DNA of 64,000 nt. Origin: Octopus vulgaris. Taxonomy: Eukaryota. The stretch is from NCBI GenBank assembly GCA_951406725.2, contig OX597824.1, positions 65,658,001 to 65,722,000 of the forward strand. Direction: 5' to 3'. Positions 38,301-50,300 of the stretch are shown here, in pieces. How positions within the stretch are numbered: the stretch's first letter is position 1; each line of letters begins with the position of its first letter. Below the pieces are notes generated by a model that searched no databases, had not been told where the DNA came from, and saw only the letters and a program-made list of their open reading frames with translations. Position numbers and translations under genes: made by a program.

Positions 38301-38977
38301 TTGACTTTTCTGCCATCCACTACAAATCTGGGACTAGATAGGAATTAGATATCTTGTTTTTATTTCAAAATCATAGCTTTTATCAATCCTGTATGTGAAC
38401 AGCAAGGAAACTTCTTTGCACCAAAAGTGAATTCCAAGAGCATAAGACACAGAGACACATGGGTTAAGAAACATAAGAAATCTTTAATTTTAAAAAATTC
38501 CAAGGCAAGCCAAGAGATCCTTCATCGAAATCTCAGGAAGTACTTTGATAGTTGTTAAAATATGATTAGATTGCATTGAACGAAAACATTTAGGATTTGC
38601 AGATAAATGACAATTGCCCACACAGAAGAATGGATATGGTACTGGACAAACAACTCATAGAGTGGAAGTTCAAATATACAGCAGGTGTTTTTGTGTTATT
38701 TCATCTGGCCTTCAGTTACAGGTGCTAGAGCATTTAGAAAAAGTTCACTGAAACAAAGCATCCTGCTTTTGAAAAAAAGCTGTTGTACTGGTAATGTTAT
38801 CCAAATCAAATGGATTGCTCAGTGGTGGCATGGCTGCATGGAAAGAAGCTTGCTTCTCAACCACACGGCTCCATGTTCAGCCTCACTGTGTGGAAACTTG
38901 GGCAAGTGTCTTCTATAGCCTTAGGTCAACCAAAGCTTTGTGAGTGGATTTGGTAGATGGAAATTGAAAGAAGCCTG

Positions 38978-39014
<37 letters not shown>

Positions 39015-42000
39015 GTGATCCTTTGGTTTGACTCGACAAAACAATAACAAGACCTCGCTTGTTTCCGTGACAACTCGACAATTCACTTCGGATATCTTTG
39101 TGACCTCCGTAACAGCTACTAAAGTGTGTCTGTATGTGCTTGTTTTTTGTGTGTCAGAACACACACACACATCACGAAGATATCCGAAGCAAATTGTCGA
39201 GTTGTCACGGAAACAAGCGAGGTCTTGTTATTGTTTTGTCAATATATATATATATATATATATTTGAAATTTACCAAAAAACAAAAGACAGGTGTATAAA
39301 CGACATGCAGGTGTATTAGTTTGACACTCAAGAAAGTGAAAATCTTTTACGTTTCGAGCCTACACTCTTCAATAAAAAGGAAAACAAGGAAATAAACAGA
39401 AAGAAAAAAAATTGTGGAGTTAGCAGTCAATCATGGTGACTGGTTGGACAAAGGTAGTTAGACAGGAGAGCTAGGGAGAAGGGGAGATAAAGTACTGGTG
39501 ATCCCAAATCAGAGGTGCATGTGCATGCAAGAGTAGTGTGCATGTGGATAGGGGCTGGTGACTGACATGCAGATGCATGCGTAAATGCGTGTCTAATGTG
39601 TGGGTGCTGGGAAGTAGTCAGTGCTAGTGTATGCAGAGTGGTGTGGGTTGGGATGTGAATCTGGGTGATGATGTGGGCTATGTTGGCATGGAATGTATGG
39701 GGTTTGATGGAGGGGGTATCAATAAAGGGAGAAGGTGGGTAGGAGTGAAGAAAGATGTTGGGGTAGGAGATGAGAGGTGGGTAGGAGTAAAAAGAGGAAG
39801 GGAGTTGAGCCCTTGTGGCACAAAGGAGAGATTAACTGCTGTTCATGGCGAAGGCGGGAGTCAGATGGCTCCTGTGCAAAGACAGTCAGAATAGACAGGT
39901 GTTATAATGAATGACCGGTAGAGTGGAAATGGCGCCAGACTGGGGTATCATTGCCAAGCCTAATGTCTCAGAGGTGCTCTGTGAACCAGTCAGCCAAGTA
40001 GCATCCTGTTTGACCCATGTACAGAGGACAGAAAGAGCAGGTGATGCAGTAAATGATGTTGCTAGAAGTGTAGGTAAAGGAGTCAGTGACATGATAGGGA
40101 CGACGATGGGTACCTGTGAAGATGGTAGTGAAGAGACAGTTGCAAGTGCAGCAGCACGGGCGGGAGCAGGAGAACAAGCCAGGTTGGGAGGTGGGGTTAG
40201 GGAAGAAACTGCGGACCAGGAGGTCATGTAGGTGGTGGGCTCATTTGAAGGAGGGAAGGGGTAGGTTGGGGAAGACATGCAAAGTGGAGGGATTGAACTG
40301 GAGTCACTGGGGGGCTTGGAGAATGATGCGCTGGAGGGGCGGTGAGGGGAAACAGGAGATGGGCAATGGCGGGGTGGGTGTGAGGAGAGAGCAGAGGCAC
40401 AGTCCACAGAATGTGCACTGGTGGTGTGGATAGTGGTGAGGGGATATCCACGAAGGATAAAGTGGCAAGCCATGAGCTGAGACTGAGTCTCAAAGTCATG
40501 GTTGTCACTGCAGAACCTACGCAGATGGAGGAATTGGGAGTAGGAGATGGAAAGCTTGGTGTGGGTAGGGTGGGAGGAGAAGTTGAGGTATGAGTGTGAG
40601 TCGGTGTGTTTGTAGTGGATGGAGGTAGTGAGAGCGGAATTGTGTATGTTGACTGAAATGTCATGGCAATGGAAGTGTTGGAAATGGTGCAGGAGAATTC
40701 AAGGGAAAGGAATCTAGTTGTTCGTGGGGGAGCAAGGTCGCACTGATACAGTCAATGATATAAAGACCATATAGTTTGAGAGTGAGACCAGTGAACCTTG
40801 AAAATATTTGGGCCTCAATGTAGCCAACAATAGTTCACATAGTTGGGGCCCATTCTCGTTCCCATGGTTACTCCTGAGACCTGTTGGTAAAACTCCCTCG
40901 TGAACAAGAAGCAGTTGAGCAAGAGAACAAGTTCGGCCAGACGAAGAAATGTGGACGTGTCAGGTTGGGGGTTGGGTCAAAGGTCTAGAAAGTGTTTGAG
41001 AGCAAGAAGTCCGTTGTGTGGGATCACCGTATATAGACTCTTGAAATCAAGAGTGAGAGAAGTTTAGAGGGGCTAGGAGGGAAGGAGAAAAAGTTGAAAA
41101 GACGAAGAGCATGGTTAGTTTCGTGGATGTGTGAAGGGAAGGAAGCTACTAGGGGGACAAGGACACGGTCGAGGTATTTCGAGATCAGTTCGAAATGAGG
41201 CAGTTACAGGCGGAGGCGGTGGGGCAGTCAGCGTTGTTGGGCTTGTGGATTTTGGGAAGTAAATGGTGGGGGTGCGAGGAGTGCGGACAATGAGGCTGGA
41301 GGTGGTGGGAGGGAGACGGGAGGAGATGAGATCATGGATAGTGGAGGACACAGTCTGTTGGAAACTAGGCATGGGGTTGGAGGGGAGAAGACAAAAGAAG
41401 AAGGTGTCTTGAAGTTGGTGGAGAGCTTCAGCCTTGTAGAGGTCTGCGCGTCACACCACCACTGCTCCACCATTGTTGGCCGGTTTTATGATAAAGTCTT
41501 TGCGGCATCAGAGACATCGAAGAGCAGAGAGTTCGGCTGAGGAGATGTTCAGATGTCAGGGAAGCCTGCGAAAGTTAAACCGGTCCCCAACATGTTGGCT
41601 GATGCCCGCAAAATGATCGACTGCTTGGAACTAGCCAGGAGCTGGCATCCAGTGGGATGGTCGGCGGTCCAGGTCGGTGAAGCAGTCTTCTTCGTTAGAT
41701 ACAGGTGGAGTGTTGTGGAATAGTGCATATAGCCTGACACACAGCGCACAAAGCGATATATAATGTACCTGTGTTTGTGCCCAATCACCGCTTGACAATC
41801 AGTGTTGGTGCGTTTATCTCCCTGTAACTTAGCGGTTCGGCAAAAGATCCCGACATAAGTATTAGGCTTTAAAAAATGTCCTGAGGTCGATTCATTTGAC
41901 TAAAACCCTTCAAGATGGTGCTCCAGCATTGCCGCAGTCAAATGACAAACACGTAAAAGTATAAAAGAAAAGTCTCCAGTTACTACAATGGAAAGTATAC

Positions 42001-45000
42001 GAAGAGAAAAATGCAAAAACTTGGGAAACAAGATAGCTTAACAATGTAGGGGGTGTAGAACACCCTAACATCACTGTCAAAAGTATTCACCATCATGATG
42101 ATTGGGCCCCGAAGAAATGAAATCTCTATCATCAGCTAAATATACGTATATACACATCATCACCACTGACCTATCACAGTAATAAATTCTAACAAGAACA
42201 CTTGTCTTCATTGCTAAGACCTAAAATCGCACCTCTCTTTGAAAAATGCATTTTTTGGAAAAGCATTTTTCAGATTCCTACGCTTTAGATGTCGGAGATT
42301 ACGAATATGCAAATAAAAAAATACAAATAAAATCAAATCAAAATAACACCCCCACCCACACATAACCACCACCACTCCCCACTCCCGTTTAAAATCTTGA
42401 ACTTTTTCGAACCCCCCCCCCATGTTTTAGATGACGGAGATTCCGGATATGCAAGAAACCACGTCTTGAAACTTATATTCAATAAGCATATAGATAGGTG
42501 GGGAGAGAGTGAGATATGAATGCCTTCCAGGGGCTAAGAACAACAGTAACACCGTCTTCTAATAGGACCGCCACATTTAGTTGACAAATATATTTTTATG
42601 AATAAACGGATAGGGATAAATAGACAGACAAATAAATAAATAAATGACGAAAAAGTTCAAAATTTAAAATTGGTGGAGGGGTGAAATTTGAGCCCCTTAT
42701 TAAACTTTATAACATTACTTATTAAATATTAATGTTTGTTTCTCATAAAATGGCTCACATGGGGATGTGGTGTATATTTAATTTACATTATATAATTATT
42801 TACGATTATATAAGTAGAACGCAAATTATTTTCACTTCAATGTGTTTGTCTCTAATTTCGATTTGCATATGTTCGTCAAATCAAAAATTTTAATGGGGGG
42901 GGGGGGTAAGAATGCATTTTTCAAGGAGAGGTGCGAAACTGCATTAGCACCCAATTCACATCAACATACACTTTACCAATCCAAATACAACCCTACGCCT
43001 GATATTAACTAACGCCTCCTCTACACACAACCGTTCGGCAAATAATACCCACAGATCCCTCAGCCCACATACCAATTGTCAACGCAATACCTTCATGACC
43101 AAAGCAAAATTGCTTTTATAAATCTAACATAGAAAAAACCCCAGTATTTCCAGAATTCAACAACACCCCATTCATCAACATAAACAAGGCAATATATGCA
43201 TTCATCATAATTATTGACACATTTCAAACGAGTATCCAGTTAAGAGGGGGGAAAATAGAAGCCCAAAACAAATGCAATATCCCACAACCATACATAACCG
43301 AAATAAAACCGAGTAAACAATTAAAAACAAATAGAAAAACAGAAAACTAGCAAACATTTGCACTAAAAAAAAAAACCCCAGTAAAATGTCCAAGTAATTG
43401 ACAAAGGTCACACTTCACACAATGGTAACTTCAACAATAAGCTGCTATTTCAGACGTTTCTTGTCAACCAACCACCAAATATCAAAGATTAACACAAAAC
43501 CGAGAATATGCACTTTTCACCTAAAACGTTTCCTTTCATAAGACTCTCAAAAAGCAATTGAGAAATTTCAAAAGCTGCAGTTCCAGATAAATCAAGTATA
43601 CACCTAAGTTTTGAAGTAATCATTGCATTCACCATCTACAACAGACTGTACCAAGAAATCATTATTAGCCGAGCACAAGAATGTGCTTGTACTATATTCT
43701 TAGAATAACACCAATTCATTTTTTCCTCATCCTTACAAAGTAAAAACTGACTTTTCGTTTCTATTAGAATATGTAGACATTGACTATGAAAAGTGTGCAT
43801 TAAACTGTAGTAGATGATATATTTTAAGTTAAGCACGAAGCTTTATTTAATTATTTTGCAGTATATCACAATCCGAATCATTTCTTACTTATTCACTCAC
43901 TGCAAGCACAAAAACTGGGTCTTTCAAGGAGGGAAAATGCAAACTGTCGTTCATATCAGAGTTAAGTGAACCAATGATTCCTCATGCGTAACAAAACCGA
44001 CAGAAAAGTTTTAACTTTCGTAAGAACGTCGGATGAAATGATTGGTGATATTTTTTCTAGTTACTTGCCTTTTGAGTTCGAATCTCGCTTTCACGAGTGC
44101 GATAAATAAAATACCAGTTAAGGACAGTAGACAGGCGGAAACGTCAAAGCATCGAACAAGTCTTGCAATATTTGTTCGAACCTGGGTGCCTTTGGTAGAG
44201 ACCTTTCTATTACAAGCATCCAGGTTGGGAATATCTTCGTCCCTAGGATATTCTCTACAGGGTCATGGGTATAGCCCTTTTCTTCTGACAAGAGAAATTA
44301 AACGAGGTTTATGATTTCTTCAACCACAATTTGTGATGTTAGTGATACGTAAACAGCCGAGAAACATCTTACGAATAAGGAAATCACATATGATTCTTTT
44401 TGACCGCTTTAAAGGAACGTTTCACATCGACGGAACTGCAAACATATAACTACATAGAATTTCTGGTGAAGGTAAAGAATACGTATACCAGGTGGTTAGG
44501 AATTTTTTACGCCGAAAACCAGTGGTGTACGTATTCTTCACCTCGGCCGAATTTCGATTATCTTTATGGCCTTCATTTCATAATAATTTCCAAATATTTT
44601 TATATATACTACCAAAGATTTAGATAGAAATAGGGATGTTTATGCCTGTCTCTAGAGCATTCAGAAAATAGAACGTTGCGAAGTTTAAATTTTTCTGCTT
44701 CGAAGTATCGAATGACTTAATAATTCACATTTCACTGACTTCGTTTCGAATTACGAAACATCCTTTTGTTAATGCGAATACCAAAATATATTTCATCTAC
44801 TATTATGTTGTAATAGGAATAAATGCCAACGAAATTCTTCAGAATCAATTACAAAGACAATGATTTGGAGATCATTATTCATCATGTGGTAATAGAATGA
44901 AAAGCTACATCGGAAAAGAAATATTTTGTGAGGAAGCATCTTGAACGTTTTCAGATGAGCTCCTATAATATTTAGTTTAATTATAAGTAGAATCTGAACA

Positions 45001-45053
45001 ATTTGCCTACCTTTTCTCACAGAGGCACAGCCATCAGCACGTGTTCGTACCAT
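35375..45053 (-). CDS. PCLAF: PCNA clamp-associated factor (PAF15/KIAA0101), 4 coding exons, 95 aa
   Basis: Exons 45053-45011, 38141-38067, 36808-36652, 35387-35375 give MVRTRADGCASVRKAVAARAPRKSLGPCTSSEPSSPSTSNKYSGGNPVCSRPTPDWQKNITNFFKSNGSNNNKSSESSTIQKIGDQTTSEESSSN*. MVRT N-terminus, AARAPRKxLG, KYxGGNPVCxRPTPxWQK and PIP box QKNITNFF match PAF15. Confidence 0.95.
36652..36808 (-). CDS. PCLAF: PCLAF exon 3 with PIP box
   Basis: tgcag/gtgagt; KYSGGNPVCSRPTPDWQKNITNFF. Confidence 0.95.
37080..37960 (-). repeat. tandem SINE family A copies with a nested RTE 3' end (~37533-37838)
   Basis: repeated GATTTGAACTCAGAAC / GGCACAAG motifs; the RTE tail splits the third copy. Confidence 0.7.
38067..38141 (-). 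CDS. PCLAF: PCLAF exon 2 (AVAARAPRKSLGPCTSSEPSSPSTS)
   Basis: ttcag/gtaagt on the minus strand. Confidence 0.95.
38826..38990 (+). mobile_element. tRNA-derived SINE family B, 5' half (3' half at ~41770-41968)
   Basis: GGCAAGTGTCTTCTATAGCC..CAAAGCTTTGTGAGTGGATTTGGTAGATGGAAA; other copies at ~4820-4955 and ~60090-60215. Confidence 0.75.
39035..39240. repeat. ~68-bp near-perfect inverted repeat (hairpin element)
   Basis: 39035-39102 vs 39172-39240 differ at about 3 positions; flanked by (TA)n. Confidence 0.85.
39265..41760 (-). mobile_element. Penelope-like retroelement (RT + GIY-YIG), frameshifted
   Basis: LDFKSLYTVIPH and QQVSGVTMGTRMGP RT motifs; SSNIIYCITCSFCPLYMGQTG..FTEHL GIY-YIG; hammerhead-like motif near the 3' end (39349-39372). 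Confidence 0.88.
42214..42948. mobile_element. non-autonomous TIR element (MITE-like)
   Basis: TCGCACCTCTCTTTGAAAAATGCATT (~42228) inverted at AATGCATTTTTCAAGGAGAGGTGCGA (~42911-42936). Confidence 0.6.
45011..45053 (-). CDS. PCLAF: PCLAF exon 1 (MVRTRADGCASVRK)
   Basis: ATG at 45053, donor gtaggc. Confidence 0.93.
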
Positions 45054-45191
45054 CCTCAACACTTGAAACGTATCTAAACTTACCAGAAAAACATTAAATT
45101 TGGCGGGAGCGCAAGTTCGCGCGGAACTGTACATACGTCACTTTGATAGCTTTCGTAGCTTCATTTTCTTTACTCTTTTGTTTGAATTTAG
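45054..45191. promoter_or_regulatory. putative bidirectional promoter PCLAF/PIGH
   Basis: CpG-containing patch with TTTGGCGGGA and TTCGCGCGGAA (E2F-like), TACGTCA (CRE-like) and TTTGAA (CHR-like) between divergent ATGs 500 bp apart. Confidence 0.6.
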
Positions 45192-45552
45192 GTAATTTTA
45201 TTGAAACTTGTTATATAATATTTAATTATATTTTATTTTAGTGATTTCTTACAAAAATTGTTAATTCTGAACATCAAGAAAATAAATATATTTCGGGTTT
45301 GTTCGGATATTTCCGGTATAGCAAGAAATGACATGGCTACTCAGCCTATCGACTGTCGGTGTAGAGGCGTCCATAGGAACGACTTTGACTACAAAATCTT
45401 AATTAACCTTAACAACTCTGTTTTACGTCACTAATATCACCGGAACTCTGCTGCAATCACCCACTTTTCGTATTTATTGCTGAATTCCGTTTTTACAGAA
45501 AGAAGTAACTCAGTTATCTGTCACTTTGTTGGTTTTGTCTAACTTTGTGACA

Positions 45553-45705
45553 ATGCTCAGGCATGAAGTTCGCTTCACCCACAAGGATTACGGTAAACAG
45601 GGCAGTGAGTTTATCATCGAACACCCGCAGATACATTTATTCCGGATGCTCTACTCTACTCCTTTCTTGACATTTGCTGCTTATTTGGTGAACCTTTCTG
45701 AATGG
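45553..45705 (+). CDS. PIGH: PIGH first coding exon (MLRHEVRFTHKDYGKQGSEFIIEHPQ..AAYLVNLSEW)
   Basis: ATG 45553, donor gtaaaa; EF...P and AAY motifs. Confidence 0.78.
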
Positions 45706-47264
45706 GTAAAATTGTATTTGATTTCTATGTATACGGCTCAGTTGCGTTCTCTTGCAATGTAACCATTGAAAGTAAATTGCACAATCTCTTTCGCATATCA
45801 GCTGATTGCATCTCACATCCAGCTTCTTTTCACCTGTTTCTCTTCTACATCCATGTCATCTTTTTCAGGCTCCTTTCTCTGCTGAACCTATGTATGTACA
45901 TGTAGGTATGTAGGTACAGGTATGCATGTACGTACGTATGTACCTACATGTATGTATGTATATTTTTTTTTCTGGCTCCGTTTTGTCTTCTCTCTATTCC
46001 AAAACTCCACAGTAACACCTTCATTTCACATTTTGTAGAAAATTGTATCTTCTCTATTTCTTGTAAATGATCATATGCTAATGCAAATTAATTCACTCTT
46101 TATTTCCCTATAATTTTGTTCACAAACTCTGTTTTTATTATTTGTACAATAGTACAGCGCTCCAAGAAACCTATAGCAAAAATGGATCTGTTTGAGATTA
46201 CCAATTTGTAAATAAAATTAATTGAAAATAGAGGAATTACTCGGTGGCAGTAAAAATTTCATATCTTAACTCAAATCTCAGATTTACAGGAAAACCAATG
46301 ACTTTTCAAAATAATGTTTCACTGTTTAGGGACATTGGAAATGAAAATTACTAGAATTTTAAATAAAGGAAAATATTTTTATAGCAATAAGAATGAAGGC
46401 AATGTTATTCGCCCATAGTAAGGGTAATATTTGATTAACCCTCTACCACTACCCAGTTCACGTGTGTAATCTACAGCAAATCAAAATATCTGGAATATAT
46501 GAAATAAATTATAGAACATGTTTCACGAATATTGCAAAAGTGAATGCTAATGAATTAGTGTTGGAAAGGGAAAACTACTTTTGTGAAAGTGAATTCAATA
46601 CTTTCCTCATACTCTTTTGCAACTTCCACCCACTCTCACTCCTTCTCCCATTGTCCCTCTCGTTTCTTTCCACTTCGTACCTTGAGGGTCCACCTAGATA
46701 CCTCTGTTCACCGCTGTTTTATTTTTCTTTCCGCCTCACTCGATTACTCTTCACCTTTTCTAAAATGTGTCATGTAGCTCCTTTTCCACAAGTATCCTGT
46801 TCTGCTTTAGCCCCTTCTCTTATACTTACCCCTCATTTCCTTGCGTAAAACTGCCCCGTCTTGCAAGCTGCATGACAACCTTACTAGTATTGATGACTAA
46901 AAAAAAAATTTTTTTTAAGCCCATACTTGAAGTTGGTGTTAGGAAAGGCATGCAGCTGTAGAAACTATACTAAAGCAGACACTGGAATACGATGTGGTCC
47001 TCGGGCCCATCGGCTCATGTTAAACTGTCCAGCCATGTTTCATGGAACATGGATGTTAAATGATAATGATGTCCTTCGAAGTCCCATACCTCATATGAAA
47101 GGGAAAGGTAGTTTCTCTTTTTAACGATTCCGCGATATTTTTGTCTCTAAATTTCAAATTTTCACATGTTTGTATTCCACCCATATACTTTCTTGTGAGT
47201 TATAGGATTTGGGGGAACAGCTATCCTAAAACTGCTGCTACTACTGCTACACACACATATGCAT

Positions 47265-47309
<45 letters not shown>

Positions 47310-50300
47310 CAAAGACTTGTCTGCATAGTAATTCTTTCACTCTACCTGCTGCGTCTCCTTTATTCTATCTTTCTGTCTCACCTTTTTAGAGTCTATGGTT
47401 TTACCTTTCTCTCTCACAAACATTTCCTTCTTTTTTATCCTTCTGCCTATCTCATCAATCTATTAAAAGGTAGGTCGCTGGACTGAATGTCTAGCATTGT
47501 TTAGTTTCATCTCTCATTTTTGAGTTCAAGATCTATCCTCATCGAAGATGGCTACTAGTTCGGTTAATAGTTCGATTAATTTTTCTTCGAATAAAAGAGC
47601 AATACACAAACCAGGTATTCCGCCCACCAAGAGGAACAATTCGCCGAGGTCAACTTTACCTTTCATCTTTCTGCAGTCAATGGAATAAAGTACCAGATAC
47701 GTACAAGGCGTATTCTTATGTAAATAGAATTAGAAGATACTCGTTAAACAGGGTAACAGTTATTCCACTTATTTGTTCAATGAAGCATGTCGAAATGAAA
47801 TGTTCTCCCATATTCTTTGAATAATGTTTTGCTTATTTCTCGTTGAATTAGAAAGCGAAAGCATCATTTAGTAATGCAAAACATGCTCTCAGACAATCTT
47901 TAGAATGGTTTAGTTAGGTCGGGTGAGTAATGCTCATGACTTTCGCAGCCCAGGGGCTGGTCAGATTGCTTATGGGAAGTGTTCGGTTTAACGAATCTGT
48001 GAGTGTACGTTTGTGGGAAGAGAATTTCTGAGAGTTGAAGTTCTGTAGGTGAAGAATTATGGAGTATAAGTGGTTAATGCAAAGGACAGAAACAGTATGG
48101 GTGACGAGAGAGACTGCATGACCCGTGTGATGGTGATATGCAACAAGTTAGTTAAAACGAGTCGAGGCCATTGTAATAGCTGTAGAAAAGGGATACTGAG
48201 GCAATAGTGTGCTTGTGGAGGAGGGGGACTATTGTGTTGGTGAATGCAATTTTGCCAATTAGTTGGATGAAGTCTAGGTTGTTCATGTGTGCAATAACAG
48301 CATTGTCCCACATGTAAGAACAGCATTTCATTCATTGTGGCTCTTGAGAGAGAACACGATAAAAACTTAAATATTTCATGGTCCTCAGAATAAGGGTTAG
48401 GGTTATACAATTTTGAACCATGTATGTATGTTTATGTGTATATATGTGCATGGATGTGTGTGTGTATATGTATGTATATATGTGCATGCAGTGCTGGATT
48501 TAGGACGAACGAGGCCCCTTACTTGGACAGTCAGGCATACATGCTCAAGAAATTTAGTAGTAGTTAAAATATTATGTTACCCGATAAATCATTATTTTTT
48601 TTAAACCAGTCTTAGTCAAATTTTTGAATTATCAGGGCTCAGGCATTGTTTGACATTTGAAAAGGTCACCGTAAAAAATTTGGGGGGCAGGAAGATGGGC
48701 TCCCTGGTCAACAGGGCCTTGTGCTTATGCATCCCTAAGCATAATGGTAAATCTGGGACTGTATGCATATATGTGTATATATGTGCAAGTTTGTATACAC
48801 ATATGTGTACATATGTATAAGTGTGTGTGTATATATGTATAAGTGTATGTGTATATATATGTATGTGTGTATTAAGTCGGAGAGAGTGTGTGTATGTGTG
48901 TTTATACATATGTGCACGGTTATGTGTATATACATAAATGTGCATGCTGATGTGTATATACATAAATGTGCATGCTGATGTGTATATCCATATGTGTGTG
49001 TGCATGTATATGTGTATATACAATATATGATGTGCACATTATATCACCCACCTAATGCCTCAACTCTCAGTGGTAAATTTGAGGAAAGGCTTACTATGAT
49101 AAGTACTAACAAAACTAGATCAATGTGTTAATGTACTTCTAATGAAACCCAGCCATAATAATAATAAATAATAGGTAACTTCAACTTCCCCAACATCAAA
49201 TGGCTAGAAAGTGCCATAATTGCAGGAATGACATGCAAATCACAGAATCAAGTATGATCTTCACTTGATTTCACGAAAATGCTGTTCAAGCAACAAACCA
49301 TATTCTTCCCAAACAGAAACAATAACATATTAAAACTCTGCTTCACCAGCAATGTAGAACTTATCCACAATATGAAGATATTACCAACAATCTTCTTAGA
49401 CTACAACATAGCAGAACTGATGTATGATCCAAAACTAATTAATGATGTATTCTAAACAGATGGCACCCAAACCCTATCCAGTTTGAACTTTTGCAACACT
49501 GACTGACAGTCAATTGAAAAACAGATACTCCAGCAAAATTGGCTTAAAAGTCTCTCTATGAAAGCCATTGATATGAAACTTAATGAATTTATGTCAATAA
49601 TGTGATCCATATACATTAAATTTGTTCCAGAGAGTCATTACATACAAAAACAAGTAACTTAATGACAGCAAGACATCTCTCCTCAAAAAAGCACTTTTAG
49701 ATATTGAAAATAAACTCACTCTCCCATGAAAATTAAAGAGCAGAAAGGAAAACTAGGACAGTGGAAAATATAGAAATGAATCCTAAAGCTTTCTATATGT
49801 TTGAGAGAGAATCTGCCTTGGTGCTCTACAAGATAGAGCCACTGTTTGAAGAAGATGGCTCTTTAACTACAGGAGGACAGGTGAAGTGCTAAATAAACAA
49901 TTCCAAAGTGTCTTCACCTATCTGCTGGGGAGCCTGCAAATAAGCAAGCCTGATGACTTTTTCAACACTGTAGATTTACATGGAAAAGAGGCAACCATTG
50001 ATTTCATCAACATAAAAGAAGTTGCGATATCAATCATTGATGAGATGAACTCAAACTCAGCAGTGGACCCAGATGGACGTCAGACATGCAAGAAAGCTCT
50101 TGCAAAACCACTGCAGATACTTTTGCAGAGTTTTTTTTGCATGTGGTAAACTTCCCAAATTGTTAAAAGAAGAGCAGATGCTAAAAATTTTAGGCCTCTC
50201 TGACTTCATGTTAGCAAGGTCATGAAGCGCATTGTCAGAAGGGGACTGATCACATTTCTGAAAGAAAATAACTTGTTTGCAAACACACAACATGGCTTTT

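Noticed and set aside
39631-41540. Many overlapping Pro/Ser/Gly-rich ORFs
   Set aside because: They are alternative frames of the strand-skewed, frameshifted Penelope ORF.
45328-45434. Upstream ATGs as the PIGH start
   Set aside because: Both frames stop within ~35 codons and show no PIG-H similarity; they probably lie in a 5'-UTR intron.
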